DNA from: an uncultured bacterium
GTDB taxonomy: Bacteria; GCA-001730085
DNA length: 32,000 bases
Reading direction: 5' to 3'
Assembly: GCA_964565945.1 (NCBI GenBank)
Contig: CAZMGY010000019.1
Location: forward strand, 101,460 to 133,459
Positions within the stretch are counted from its first letter, which is position 1; each line of letters starts with the position of its first letter. The notes under the pieces were generated by a model. It was given only the letters and a program-made list of their open reading frames with translations. It made no database searches and had not been told where the DNA came from. A program made the position numbers and the translations under genes. This document shows positions 7,915-17,679 of the stretch, piece by piece.

Positions 7915-8370
7915 TTACTGCTTCTTTTTAAAATAACTTTTTTGGAATTGATTCACCAGATCTCGAATGATTTGGGTATGTTTCGGATCTGTGGTTTGTT
8001 TGGCTTTCATAGCATGCACAAGAATGTGATGTAGCCAGGTCAGTTCCTGCTGATATTTAACAAAATCGTTTTTCTTATTCGGAGAAACGGGTTTAATTCG
8101 TTGACACAAAAAATACTTGGCAACAATGTGCTGGATTTTTTCGGCATGTTTCTCTTTGTTAGATACCCAGCGAACTAACTGATTGGGATTGGCTTGGGCA
8201 TTAATGGCCTTCATCGACTTTTCGATGGTGTGAGTGTGTTCGAGTATAAGATTGATCCGAGCTTGATCGTCGTAAATACCACAAGGAATTTCGCAGTGTG
8301 ACCAGGCGAAAGGTTGAGAGGCAAAAAGACATCCAGCAGTGGTTAAGGCCAGCATAAAGTGTTTCATCAT
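7915..8370 (-). CDS. sodN: Nickel-containing superoxide dismutase (NiSOD) precursor
   Basis: The Ni-hook motif HCEIPCGIYDD (canonical HCDLPCGVYDP) follows a 24-aa leader MMKHFMLALTTAGCLFASQPFAWS. The remainder is a ~125-aa helical-bundle-length protein. SD TAGGAGA lies upstream of the tandem ATGs. Confidence 0.88.
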   Translation of the reverse strand: MMKHFMLALTTAGCLFASQPFAWSHCEIPCGIYDDQARINLILEHTHTIEKSMKAINAQANPNQLVRWVSNKEKHAEKIQHIVAKYFLCQRIKPVSPNKKNDFVKYQQELTWLHHILVHAMKAKQTTDPKHTQIIRDLVNQFQKSYFKKKQ

Positions 8371-8838
8371 TTTCTCCTATCTGTTTGGGCTAGTTCAGCA
8401 CATGCTTCATTATACGATGGGCGTTTCGTGTTTAGCAAGTTTTGATCTCCTGAGGGTTGCAAAACTTGTGAATCGAGACAGTTGTAAAATACCACCAAAG
8501 ATCACCTGTCTGGTAAAATACAACGATGCCAATCAATTCAGGCTTTGCTAATCACATTTATACTGAATTTACGCGGTGCTGATTTCTGTATTTAATTCGC
8601 CATGGCACTCTTGGGGGATTTTGCTTGGCATTCCTTTTGGAGTCTTAGTATAGTTCTGGGGGCTTTGCCTTTGCACGGGACAACACAGCTAGGTCTTGTT
8701 TACTTGCATCGGTGTGATTGGTTTGCTAGGATATGAATTCTGGCATAACATGGTTATTGCTTGTAGCGACGGGGTTTATTGGAAGGTGGGGGGAATGTGA
8801 GGCAGTTGATTTTGATCATCTTGCTATTCGCGTGGACA

Positions 8839-8847
8839 GGGGGGGGG
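8839..8847. repeat. G9 homopolymer tract
   Basis: Nine consecutive G residues read directly in the 8371-8971 gene-poor region. Confidence 0.95.
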
Positions 8848-8971
8848 AGGAGCTTTTTGACCAAGGAACTGAAACACGCTTAAAGGTTTGAATTTTGGAG
8901 TTACTTTTCTTGCGTAAGCCAGGGACTTTCATTAGAAATAGAGGCTCACTTAAAAAATAGGAGGTTTAAGT

Positions 8972-9469
8972 ATGGCGGATTCGTTCTCATTTGATATTTT
9001 TTCGGACGTGGATGATCAAGAGGTGATGAATGCTATGCATCAGGCAAACAAAGAACATTCACAGCGTTTTGACTTAAAAAACACCAATAGCAACATTGAG
9101 TTCAAAAAAGAAGATCATGCCTTGGTGGTGGCTTCGGCCGATAAATACACCCTTAACAGTGTGGTTGAGATTCTAAAAAGTAAGCTGGTGAAACGAGGGG
9201 TTTCATTGAAATCGTTGAACTATGAAAAAATAGAAGATGCTCAGTCGGGTACGGCGCGTCAGCAAATAACATTTCAACAAGGGATTCCGAGCGATAAAGC
9301 CAAAGAAATTGTGAAAGACATTAAAGCGAGCAAGTTAAAAGTGCAAGCACAGATTATGGATCAGAAAGTGCGTGTGTCAGGCAAAAAAAGGGATGATCTT
9401 CAAGAAGTTATGAATATTGTGAAGCAAAAAGACTATGACATTCATGTCGATTTTGGAAATTATAGATAA
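8972..9469 (+). CDS. yajQ: YajQ family nucleotide-binding protein (UPF0234)
   Basis: The N-terminus SFSFDIFSDVDDQEVMNAMHQANKEHSQRFDLK matches the YajQ pattern (SFDIVSEVD.QEv.NAv.QA.KEi..RfDfK). The ~165 aa length fits, and there is a strong SD TAGGAGG. Confidence 0.85.
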   Translation: MADSFSFDIFSDVDDQEVMNAMHQANKEHSQRFDLKNTNSNIEFKKEDHALVVASADKYTLNSVVEILKSKLVKRGVSLKSLNYEKIEDAQSGTARQQITFQQGIPSDKAKEIVKDIKASKLKVQAQIMDQKVRVSGKKRDDLQEVMNIVKQKDYDIHVDFGNYR

Positions 9470-9478
9470 GGTTGAATC

Positions 9479-12112
9479 ATGAAAAGCTCTCAGTTACGCC
9501 AAGCCTACCTTGATTTTTTTAAAACCAAAGAGCACGTGCGCGTGCGCAGTGATCATTTAGTGCCTCAAAAAGATCCGACCTTGCTGTTTACCACGGCAGG
9601 GATGGTTCAGTTTAAGCCTTTATACATGGGAGCTCCGATGACCTATTCGCGTGCTGTTTCGGTGCAAAAATGTTTAAGGGCTGGGGGTAAGGATAGTGAT
9701 TTGGAGAATGTGGGCAAAACATTAAGGCATCACACCTTTTTTGAAATGCTGGGCAATTTTTCGTTTGGAGACTATTTTAAGAGAGAAGCGATCACTTGGG
9801 CTTGGGACTTTATCAATAACACATTGGAACTCCCTACCGACAAACTTTGGGTTTCGGTCTACAAAGATGACGAAGAATCGGCGAAGCTTTGGCTCGATAC
9901 AATAGGTTTCCCTAAAGAGCACTTGGTGTATTTGGGCGATGCCGATAACTTTTGGGGGCCAGCAGGAGGTTCGGGGGCTTGTGGACCTTGTTCGGAACTA
10001 CATATTGATTTAGGCCCAGAGAGAGATCCTTCAGTCCAAGAAGGTGACTTGGAAAATGGTGGCGAACGGTATTTCGAATTTTGGAACTTGGTTTTTCCTC
10101 AGTACAATCAACTGAAAGACGGTTCGCGTGAAGCCCTTGAAAGGCGCGGTATCGACACAGGAATGGGACTAGAGCGTTTGACATTTATTATGCAATATCT
10201 GAATGGAACGGCTCAGAGCAATTACGAGACCGATTTGTTTGCTCCCATTATCGAGAAGGTCTCTGCTATGAGTGGTGTGGCCTATCACAAAGATGCGGCC
10301 ACGGACTATGCGATGCATGTGATTGCCGATCATATTCGTGCGCTAACGTTCACTTTTGCCGAGAACTTGATTCCGTCCAACGAAGGACGAGGCTATGTTT
10401 TGCGTCGTATTTTGCGTCGGGCTTATCGTTTTGGCTCAACCTTGCAACTCAAAGAGCCTTTTTTGTATACTTTGGTGCCGACCGTGGTGTCGATTATGGG
10501 AGAGGTGTATCCCGAAATCAAAGAGGCTCAGGCTCATGTGCAAAATTTAATCCAGGTTGAAGAAGAGTCGTTTCAAAAAACCTTGCAAAGTTGCGAAGTT
10601 TTTCTCGAAGATATTTTATCCGCCAGTGTCGCTCACAAACAAATCTCGGGGCGACACATCTTTAAACTATACGACACGTACGGTCTGCCTTTAGATATGC
10701 TTGCCGATATTGCCGAAGAACGTGGTTATACCATTGACCAGGCTGGTTTTGATGTGCTCATGCAGGAGCAAAAAGAGCGTGCACGCCAAGGATGGTCTGG
10801 AGGTGATAAGGCCTCTATGCTTGACCAGTTTAACGAAATTCTAACAGAGCATGGCGAAACACGCTTTTTGGGTTACCAAAGCATGCAAGCCAACGCTCAG
10901 GTGTTGGCGGTGATTGAGGATAGCGAAGCCGAGCAAAGCTATGTGATCACCGATCAGACGCCCTTTTATGCTGAGTCTGGAGGACAATCGGGAGATCATG
11001 GACGTTTGGTGAGTGCGAGTTCAAACTACGCCATTGTGGATACACAGCAATTTGTGGCTGGATTAAGTGTGCATGTATTTCAGGGGATTCTTAAAGATGT
11101 TGCGGTTGGAGATACAGTCAGTTTGGGGGTTGACTCGGAGCGCCGGCGCAGACTGTCCAATAATCATACGGTCACCCATATTTTGCAAAGTGTGCTCAAA
11201 CAAGAGTTGGGTAATGATATTCGTCAAGCTGGATCTTTGGTCGAAGAGGACTATCTTCGTTTTGATTTTAGTTACTTTGAGGCGATTCCCGAGGAGGCTC
11301 TTCGTTGCATCGAAGATCGTGTGAATCAGTATATTTGGAGCAATGCTACTGTTGCCGTTGATCAGAAAACACTTGATCAAGCGAAAGAGGAAGGTGCTCT
11401 TTCATTTTTTGACGAGAAATACGGCGACACGGTCCGCATGATTTCTGTTGGTGATTTTAGTAAAGAGTTGTGCGGTGGAACGCATGTGCCTCAAACGGGA
11501 CAAATTGGGTTTTTCAAAATCACCAACGAATCTTCGGTGGCGGCAGGAACACGACGGATTACTGCTTTAACAGGAGAGGCCGCGATGCGCAAAGTTTATT
11601 GTCAAGAGAATGTGGTAGCGGGCCTTAAAAAGCAGCTTAAAGCCAGTGAAGATGAATTGTTTGAGCGCGTGGCTCAATTGCAAAAAAATCTTAAGGATGC
11701 CGATAAGCGTTTGCAACAAGCTGCCAAAAATGCTGTGCTTTCAGAATTGGACGATTTAGAAACCGATGTTTTTCAGCATCAAGATGCTTCAGTATGGTCT
11801 AAACTATTGACTGTGTCGGATGGAAGCGTGTTGAAAGATATTCATGATTGTGTGCGTCATAAGCAGGAAGATTGGATTCTGATTTTGGCTGCCAATGTAG
11901 ATGGCAAAGGTCAATTTGTGGTCAGTGTTCCTAAGGAACGTACTAAGCAAGGTTGGCATGCAGGACATATTGTGAAAGCTTTAGCCACCCGCGCTGGTGG
12001 TGGAGGGGGTGGACGTCCTGATTTGGCTCAAGCGGGGTGTAAAGATGCTTCGTCCTTGCCTGATATTATGAAAGATTTGGCCAGTTTGCTATCCGAAGTC
12101 GTTTCAGCTTAG
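9479..12112 (+). CDS. alaS: Alanine--tRNA ligase
   Basis: 877 aa. Class II core (FTTAGMVQFKP, HHTFFEMLGNFSFGDYFK, FWNLVFPQYN), editing-domain HTVTHIL and CGGTHV motifs, and C-terminal DHHA1-like GGGGGGRPDLAQAG. Confidence 0.97.
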   Translation: MKSSQLRQAYLDFFKTKEHVRVRSDHLVPQKDPTLLFTTAGMVQFKPLYMGAPMTYSRAVSVQKCLRAGGKDSDLENVGKTLRHHTFFEMLGNFSFGDYFKREAITWAWDFINNTLELPTDKLWVSVYKDDEESAKLWLDTIGFPKEHLVYLGDADNFWGPAGGSGACGPCSELHIDLGPERDPSVQEGDLENGGERYFEFWNLVFPQYNQLKDGSREALERRGIDTGMGLERLTFIMQYLNGTAQSNYETDLFAPIIEKVSAMSGVAYHKDAATDYAMHVIADHIRALTFTFAENLIPSNEGRGYVLRRILRRAYRFGSTLQLKEPFLYTLVPTVVSIMGEVYPEIKEAQAHVQNLIQVEEESFQKTLQSCEVFLEDILSASVAHKQISGRHIFKLYDTYGLPLDMLADIAEERGYTIDQAGFDVLMQEQKERARQGWSGGDKASMLDQFNEILTEHGETRFLGYQSMQANAQVLAVIEDSEAEQSYVITDQTPFYAESGGQSGDHGRLVSASSNYAIVDTQQFVAGLSVHVFQGILKDVAVGDTVSLGVDSERRRRLSNNHTVTHILQSVLKQELGNDIRQAGSLVEEDYLRFDFSYFEAIPEEALRCIEDRVNQYIWSNATVAVDQKTLDQAKEEGALSFFDEKYGDTVRMISVGDFSKELCGGTHVPQTGQIGFFKITNESSVAAGTRRITALTGEAAMRKVYCQENVVAGLKKQLKASEDELFERVAQLQKNLKDADKRLQQAAKNAVLSELDDLETDVFQHQDASVWSKLLTVSDGSVLKDIHDCVRHKQEDWILILAANVDGKGQFVVSVPKERTKQGWHAGHIVKALATRAGGGGGGRPDLAQAGCKDASSLPDIMKDLASLLSEVVSA

Positions 12113-12370
12113 GTCGGCAACGTGAAAAAGGGCGATAAAGGGGGCTGGATTGAATCGGAAGATAACCTTAGCCAAGGAGGAATCTTTGTTGGGTCTTTGG
12201 TGATGCTCTAGTCTCTGGTAATGTTCGAGTCGCTGGCGAAGGTGAGAGCTGTGACAATGATTGAGTTTCTGATCAATGTTTGGTTTAGGTAATCCGTAAT
12301 TGATTAGATCTAGTATTAACTTATGTGTATTTTTTATTATGATTGTTAAAAGACAAAATAAAATCAAGCA

Positions 12371-12399
12371 TTTAGAGAAAAGATAAAACTTGCTATAAT
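12371..12399 (+). promoter_or_regulatory. Candidate sigma70-type promoter upstream of hisD
   Basis: TTTAGA (12371-12376), a 17-nt spacer, TGC-TATAAT (12394-12399). It sits only 9 nt from ATG 12408. So either the mRNA is near-leaderless or hisD starts at ATG 12438. Confidence 0.3.
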
Positions 12400-12407
12400 A
12401 CGAGGCT

Positions 12408-13697
12408 ATGAAGATATTTAAGTCCAAAGACATAACGATGTCGCTTTTAAAAACCCTGACTCGCCAGGGCTTAGGCGATGTTTCGGCTCCGCGAGAGCAA
12501 GTTTTGCGTGTGTTGCAAAATGTTCAAAACAATGGCGATGGGGCTTTGTGTGAGTACACCCAAAAGTTCGATGGAGTCTCGTTGACTGCCCGTGATCTTA
12601 GAGTGTCCGAAGATAAACTTCAAAAGGCTCAGGTTTCATCTCAAATTGAGCAGGCTCTTGGGAAAGCTAAGGAAAACATTGAGCGCTATCAAAAACTATT
12701 ACTACCTTCGGGTGATGTGCGCGATGAAAACAATGGTGTTATGTTGGGTGCTCGTTACATTCGGCTTGATCGTGTGGGTGTTTATGTTCCTGGAGGTTCA
12801 GCACCTCTGGTTTCGACAGTTTTGATGACGGTATTGCCCGCTAAAGTCGCTGGAGTGAAAGAGGTTGTTGTGGCATCGCCTCCCACGCATAATGGAAATA
12901 TTCATCCCGCTATTTTGTACGCATGTCGATTATGTGGTGTGAGTGAAGTGTATCGTGTTGGTGGAGCACAAGCGATTGCGGCCATGGCTTTTGGCAGTGA
13001 AACCATCTCACCCGTTGACAAAATTGTGGGGCCGGGCAATTTGTATGTGACTTTGGCCAAAAAAGAAGTATTTGGCACGGTGGATATCGATATGATTGCA
13101 GGGCCGAGTGAGATTATGGTTGTGGCCGATGAACAAGCTCCGATTGATTGGGTGGTCTATGATTTGATGTCGCAAGCCGAGCACGATCCCTTGGCGGCCT
13201 CTTATTTGGTTTGCTTCGATGAGGATTATGCTGAACAAGTAGTGCAGCGTTTTGAGGAACTGAGGCGAGATAGGTCGCGTAAAGATGTGATTGAGAGGTC
13301 ATGGCAAGATCATGGACATGTGTTTGTAGTTAAGGACAACGAACAGGCTAGCGAAGTGATCAATGCGATTGCGCCCGAGCATTTGGAACTCATGGTGAGG
13401 GATGCCGAATCTTTTATATCTCATGTGAAGCATGCTGGGGCCATTTTTATCGGGAATTATACGCCAGAGGCGGTTGGGGACTATTTTGCAGGGCCAAGCC
13501 ATGTCTTGCCGACCAGTGGTTCGGCGCGTTTTTTTTCGCCTTTGAGTGTGATGAGTTTTTTAAAGACCTCCAGTTTGTTATCGTATTCCGAAGAAGCGTT
13601 TCGACGTGAAGGGGCGATGATGGCGGCTTTGGCGGATTTAGAAGGCCTTGATGCACATGCCCAGTCTGTGAATGTCCGATTAGATAAAGGTGAGTGA
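12408..13697 (+). CDS. hisD: Histidinol dehydrogenase
   Basis: [38 protein letters not shown] and PEHLEL motifs. Alternative start at ATG 12438. Confidence 0.95.
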   Translation: MKIFKSKDITMSLLKTLTRQGLGDVSAPREQVLRVLQNVQNNGDGALCEYTQKFDGVSLTARDLRVSEDKLQKAQVSSQIEQALGKAKENIERYQKLLLPSGDVRDENNGVMLGARYIRLDRVGVYVPGGSAPLVSTVLMTVLPAKVAGVKEVVVASPPTHNGNIHPAILYACRLCGVSEVYRVGGAQAIAAMAFGSETISPVDKIVGPGNLYVTLAKKEVFGTVDIDMIAGPSEIMVVADEQAPIDWVVYDLMSQAEHDPLAASYLVCFDEDYAEQVVQRFEELRRDRSRKDVIERSWQDHGHVFVVKDNEQASEVINAIAPEHLELMVRDAESFISHVKHAGAIFIGNYTPEAVGDYFAGPSHVLPTSGSARFFSPLSVMSFLKTSSLLSYSEEAFRREGAMMAALADLEGLDAHAQSVNVRLDKGE

Positions 13698-13700
13698 GCG

Positions 13701-14738
13701 ATGGAAAAATGGATTAGCCCTCATATTCAAAAGATGCAAGCGTATGTGTCTGGGGAACAATCTCAAGATGCCTCGGTGATTAAGTTGAACTCCAACGAGT
13801 GTCCTTACGATCCGCCTCAAGCGGTTGTGGACGCTTTGGTGGCTGTTAGCGGGGAGCAGTTGCGTAAGTATCCATCAGCCAGGGGGGATTCATTGCGTCA
13901 AAAATTGGCGGACGTCTATGGTTTGCATCAAGAGAATATTTTGATTGGCAATGGTTCGGATGAAATTTTAACGATGCTTATGCGAGCTTGTGTCGAGCCA
14001 GGCGAAGCGGTGGCCTTCCCTGAGCCAACGTATGTTCTTTATCGAACCCTGGCAGACATTCAAAAAGGTCAGGTGCTGACGATTCCTTTTGATGCGAATT
14101 ACCAGATTTCAGTCGATCAGGTTGCCTTACTCAAGGCGAAGATATTTTTCTTGGCCAATCCTAATTCTCCCTCAGGAACACGTATCGATAAGCAGAACGT
14201 GAAGGCTTTGGCTCAGGCCTTCGATGGATTGTTTGTGGTTGATGAGGCTTATGTGGATTTTGCCGATGATCATTGCCTGTCTTTGGTCGGTGAATGCGAC
14301 AATGTGATTGTGCTTCGGAGCATGTCGAAATCGGTTGCTTTGGCTGGGGCTCGTCTTGGTTGGGCCTATGGACCACAGAGTACTATTGCTCAGTTGATGA
14401 AGGTGAAAGACTCCTATAATGTGAATGCCTTAACACAAGCTGTGGCTTTGGCTGTGTTAGAGGCTAAGCCAGAAATTGATCGAATGATTGACAAAATCAA
14501 AGCCACGCGCGAAAGTCTTGTTGAAAAATTGACGGCTATGGGGTGGGATGTATGCCCTTCCGAAGCCAATTTTGTTTGGATCAAGCCGTCGTGTAAACCT
14601 GCCGAGATATACACTCGACTGAAGCAGGAGGGTATTTTAATTCGCTATTTTGACGATTTGGCGGATTATGTGCGCATAACGGTGGGCACGGACGAAGAAA
14701 TGAAAGTTTTGATCAAAAAACTAGAAAATTTTGCATAA
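13701..14738 (+). CDS. hisC: Histidinol-phosphate aminotransferase
   Basis: LNSNECPY, GNGSDEIL, VVDEAYVDF and the PLP-lysine motif SMSKSVALAGARLGW. It lies 3 nt after the hisD stop. Confidence 0.92.
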   Translation: MEKWISPHIQKMQAYVSGEQSQDASVIKLNSNECPYDPPQAVVDALVAVSGEQLRKYPSARGDSLRQKLADVYGLHQENILIGNGSDEILTMLMRACVEPGEAVAFPEPTYVLYRTLADIQKGQVLTIPFDANYQISVDQVALLKAKIFFLANPNSPSGTRIDKQNVKALAQAFDGLFVVDEAYVDFADDHCLSLVGECDNVIVLRSMSKSVALAGARLGWAYGPQSTIAQLMKVKDSYNVNALTQAVALAVLEAKPEIDRMIDKIKATRESLVEKLTAMGWDVCPSEANFVWIKPSCKPAEIYTRLKQEGILIRYFDDLADYVRITVGTDEEMKVLIKKLENFA

Positions 14739-14760
14739 AATATGCTAAAATAGCGATGTT

Positions 14761-15354
14761 ATGAAACAAAGAGTTAGCCAAATCATACGCGAAAGTAGTG
14801 AAACCCAAATTTCGATTGATTTGAATATCGATGGTACGGGTCAGTACGATATTCAAACCACAATTCCTTTTTTTGACCATATGCTCACCGCTCTGGCCAA
14901 GCACAGTGCCATCGACCTTAAGATTAAGGCTAAAGGGGATACCGAAATAGATGACCACCACACCGTTGAAGATGTTGGTATTTGCTTGGGCGATGCCTTG
15001 AAAGAGGCTTTGGGCGATCGCAAGGGTATTGTTCGTTATGGACATTTTTCCTTGGCGATGGAAGAGGCTTTGGTGGATGCTAGCCTGGATGTGTCGGGAC
15101 GGTCTTATTTGGTTTATAACATTGAGATTCAAGATCGTTTGATTAAAGATTTTGCTTTGGATTTGCTTGAAGAGTTTTGGCGTGCGGTTTGCAATCGGAT
15201 GGGGCTTAATTTGCACATTCATTTGTGCACTGGCAAAAACGCTCATCATATCTATGAAGCTTCATTCAAAGCGGTGGCTCGTGCCTTACGCATGGCGATG
15301 TCTCCTGATAATCGCTTAACGGGTGTACCTTCGACCAAGGGCATGTTAGACTGA
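14761..15354 (+). CDS. hisB: Imidazoleglycerol-phosphate dehydratase (monofunctional, no phosphatase domain)
   Basis: RESSETQISIDLNIDG, FFDHML, DDHHTVEDVGI, and HHIYEASFKAVARAL. 197 aa. Confidence 0.95.
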   Translation: MKQRVSQIIRESSETQISIDLNIDGTGQYDIQTTIPFFDHMLTALAKHSAIDLKIKAKGDTEIDDHHTVEDVGICLGDALKEALGDRKGIVRYGHFSLAMEEALVDASLDVSGRSYLVYNIEIQDRLIKDFALDLLEEFWRAVCNRMGLNLHIHLCTGKNAHHIYEASFKAVARALRMAMSPDNRLTGVPSTKGMLD

Positions 15355-15358
15355 TTCT

Positions 15359-15970
15359 ATGGCTATTCAAATCATTGATTACGATATGGGCAATGTGCAT
15401 AGTGTTCAGAATGCTTTGCAGTTTTTGGGCTTAGAGAGTACCATCGTGACCGATGGCGACCAATTTGAGGAAGCCGATTGCATCATTTTGCCTGGAGTGG
15501 GAGCCTTCGGAGATGGCATGCAAGCTTTGTGCGAGAGAGGCTTAGTGGATGCGATTCACCAAACAGTTGAGCGTCAACAAAAGCTGATCGGGATTTGTTT
15601 GGGTATGCAACTTTTGCTTAATTGGAGCTACGAAATGGGTGAGTACGAAGGTTTAGGTTTGGTTGCTGGGGAAGTGATTCGATTTGAACCCAAAGACCCT
15701 AAATTAAAGGTGCCTCATATGGGTTGGAATACGGTTAAGGCTGTGCAAGATGATGTTTTATTTGAAGGCATTGCTCTGGAGGCGTATTGTTATTTTGTGC
15801 ATTCTTATTATGTGAAACCTCAAGATCCAAGTGTTGTGTTGGCGAGTACCAATTACGGTGGTGAATTCTGCTCGATTCTTAAACAAGGCCAACTCTATGG
15901 TCTGCAGTTCCATCCCGAAAAAAGCCAATCCGTGGGTTTAGCTATGTTGGCCAATCTGCTCAAGCCTTAA
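15359..15970 (+). CDS. hisH: Imidazole glycerol phosphate synthase, glutamine amidotransferase subunit
   Basis: LPGVGAFG, the nucleophile-elbow GICLGMQLL, and FVHSY...QFHPEKS. Confidence 0.95.
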   Translation: MAIQIIDYDMGNVHSVQNALQFLGLESTIVTDGDQFEEADCIILPGVGAFGDGMQALCERGLVDAIHQTVERQQKLIGICLGMQLLLNWSYEMGEYEGLGLVAGEVIRFEPKDPKLKVPHMGWNTVKAVQDDVLFEGIALEAYCYFVHSYYVKPQDPSVVLASTNYGGEFCSILKQGQLYGLQFHPEKSQSVGLAMLANLLKP

Positions 15971-16195
15971 TTGTTTACGCTGATGTACTTTGCTTAAGAG
16001 GCGCTTGAGTAAGGTTTTCCCAGAAGGTCAACCGCTTGAATGATGGTGTCGATAAGCTGGATCTTGTGGTGCAATTTAAATGGATGTCTCTATATTATGA
16101 CTCTTGTTAGAGCTTTTTGGCTGCTCAAGCATTTCAGAAAGCGTCTTAAGTCCATTAGTGATATAATAAAGGTCTTTACAAAGAAAGGCCTCAAT

Positions 16196-16918
16196 ATGCA
16201 TGTTTTACCAGCAATTGATATTCGTGGCGGCAAATGTGTCCGTCTTTTTCAGGGTGATTATGCTCAAGAAACAGTTTATTACGATAGTCCCGTAGATGTG
16301 GCGTGCATGTGGGAAGATCAAGGGGCTGCTTATTTGCATGTGGTGGATCTCGATGGAGCCAAAGACGGTACTTTAACCCATTTGCCTTTGGTGGAGAAGA
16401 TGGCGCACAAGACTCAGCTTAAAATCGAATTGGGAGGAGGTGTGCGCGACCTCGAAGATGTTCAGCGGATGATTGATGCAGGCGTTCAGTATCCGATTGT
16501 TGGGACCAAAGCTTTGGCTGGCCCTGATTTTTTTTGGGAGCTAGTGGAGCGCTTTGCCGATGCTGTGGTGGTTGGAATTGATGCACGCGATGGTAAGGTT
16601 GCCACCCGCGGTTGGTTGGATACCTCGGAGGTAACAGCTCTTGAATTGGCTCAAAAAGTAGAGCATTTTGGTGTGAAACGCATTATTTTTACCGATATTG
16701 CCACAGATGGAGCGTTCACGGGACCTAATCTGAAGGCTTGTTTGGATTTGATTGAAAAGACGAAACAATTAACGATGACCGTTTCGGGAGGAATTTCGTC
16801 GCTTAAAGATTTGGAAAGCATTGTGCAAGCTCAAAACGAACGTATTTTTGGAGTAATTATTGGCAAGGCTCTTTATGATCAACGACTTGAACTTAAGGAG
16901 GCTTTGGCGCTATGTTAA
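16196..16918 (+). CDS. hisA: 1-(5-phosphoribosyl)-5-[(5-phosphoribosylamino)methylideneamino]imidazole-4-carboxamide isomerase
   Basis: [22 protein letters not shown] is the canonical HisA N-terminus, preceded by AAGAAAGG about 8 nt upstream. The track's 52-codon upstream extension (from 16040) is W/C-rich and not protein-like. Confidence 0.92.
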   Translation: MHVLPAIDIRGGKCVRLFQGDYAQETVYYDSPVDVACMWEDQGAAYLHVVDLDGAKDGTLTHLPLVEKMAHKTQLKIELGGGVRDLEDVQRMIDAGVQYPIVGTKALAGPDFFWELVERFADAVVVGIDARDGKVATRGWLDTSEVTALELAQKVEHFGVKRIIFTDIATDGAFTGPNLKACLDLIEKTKQLTMTVSGGISSLKDLESIVQAQNERIFGVIIGKALYDQRLELKEALALC

Positions 16919-17667
16919 CTAAGCGAATCATTCCTTGTTTGGATGTCAAAGATGGAAGAGTGGTGAAGGGTGTTAATTTTGTTGAATTGCGCGATGCTGG
17001 AGATCCTATTGAGACAGCACAACGCTATGAGGCTGAAGGGGCTGATGAGCTGGTTTTTTTGGATATTACGGCATCCTACGAAAATCGTAATATTATGCGT
17101 GATGTGGTTAAGCGAACGGCCGAAGTGGTTTTTATGCCTCTTACCGTTGGTGGTGGTATGCGCGCGGTCGACGATATTTATCAAATGCTACAGTCAGGGG
17201 CTGATAAAGTGTCTTTGAACACTGCGGCTGTGAACAATCCCTCTTTGGTGGCGGATTCGGCCAAACGTTTTGGTTGTCAATGCACAGTGGTGGCGATTGA
17301 TGCCCAAAAAGAAGCTGATGGCTCTTATTGTGTCTACACGAATGGTGGTCGTAACCCTGTTGACAAAGATGCGATTGCGTGGGCTAAACAGGTGGAAGAT
17401 CTGGGGGCTGGAGAAATTTTGCTTACCAGTATGGATGCTGATGGTACGAAGCAGGGGTATGAGCTTGAACTAACTCTTTTGGTGGCCGAAGCGGTTTCAA
17501 TTCCGGTAATTGCTTCGGGAGGCGCGGGAAGCATGGAGCATTTGTACGAAGGGCTCGAAGCTGGTAAGGCGGATGCAGTTTTAGCGGCCTCGATTTTTCA
17601 TTTTGGTGAAATTTCGATTCCAGAGGCCAAGGCGTATTTGAAACAACGTGGCGTTTTAGTGAGATGA
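16912..17667 (+). CDS. hisF: Imidazole glycerol phosphate synthase, cyclase subunit
   Basis: [30 protein letters not shown] and SGGAG motifs. It overlaps hisA by 7 nt. Confidence 0.96.
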   Translation: MLTKRIIPCLDVKDGRVVKGVNFVELRDAGDPIETAQRYEAEGADELVFLDITASYENRNIMRDVVKRTAEVVFMPLTVGGGMRAVDDIYQMLQSGADKVSLNTAAVNNPSLVADSAKRFGCQCTVVAIDAQKEADGSYCVYTNGGRNPVDKDAIAWAKQVEDLGAGEILLTSMDADGTKQGYELELTLLVAEAVSIPVIASGGAGSMEHLYEGLEAGKADAVLAASIFHFGEISIPEAKAYLKQRGVLVR

Positions 17668-17679
17668 AAGGAAAGCAGA

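Noticed and set aside
8339-8551. A 70-aa plus-strand ORF overlapping the sodN start.
   Set aside because: It overlaps the sodN 5' end and SD on the opposite strand. It has no SD and no recognisable motif.
8560-8720. Superficial resemblance to a tmRNA 5' end (GGTGCTGATTTCTG...) and to c-di-GMP-I riboswitch fragments (GCACGGGACAA, and GCAAAGCC on the minus strand), the latter upstream of the c-di-GMP-associated yajQ.
   Set aside because: No tRNA-like 3' end (no GGTTCGAATCC...CCA) for a tmRNA. For the riboswitch, only isolated short matches were found, without the paired P1/P2 architecture. This is not supportable without a covariance-model search.
12113-12407. Looked for a T-box riboswitch or a His-codon leader peptide upstream of hisD.
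   Set aside because: No T-box consensus (AANNNGGGTGGNACCGCG) and no run of CAT/CAC codons in any plus-strand small ORF. An Rfam scan would be needed to exclude other RNA elements.
12104-12433. A 109-aa minus-strand ORF with a His-rich repeat (QRLEHYQRLEHHQRP), tempting as a his-operon leader or regulator.
   Set aside because: It is on the wrong strand for a his attenuator. It overlaps both the alaS stop and the hisD start. The His-rich part is just the reverse reading of the 18-nt tandem repeat, and the rest is low-complexity AT-rich sequence.
16040-16195. The track's 52-codon N-terminal extension of hisA (MMVSISWILWCNLNGCLYIM...).
   Set aside because: The canonical HisA N-terminus ([12 protein letters not shown]) begins at ATG 16196 with its own SD. 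The extension is W/C-rich and has no counterpart in HisA proteins.
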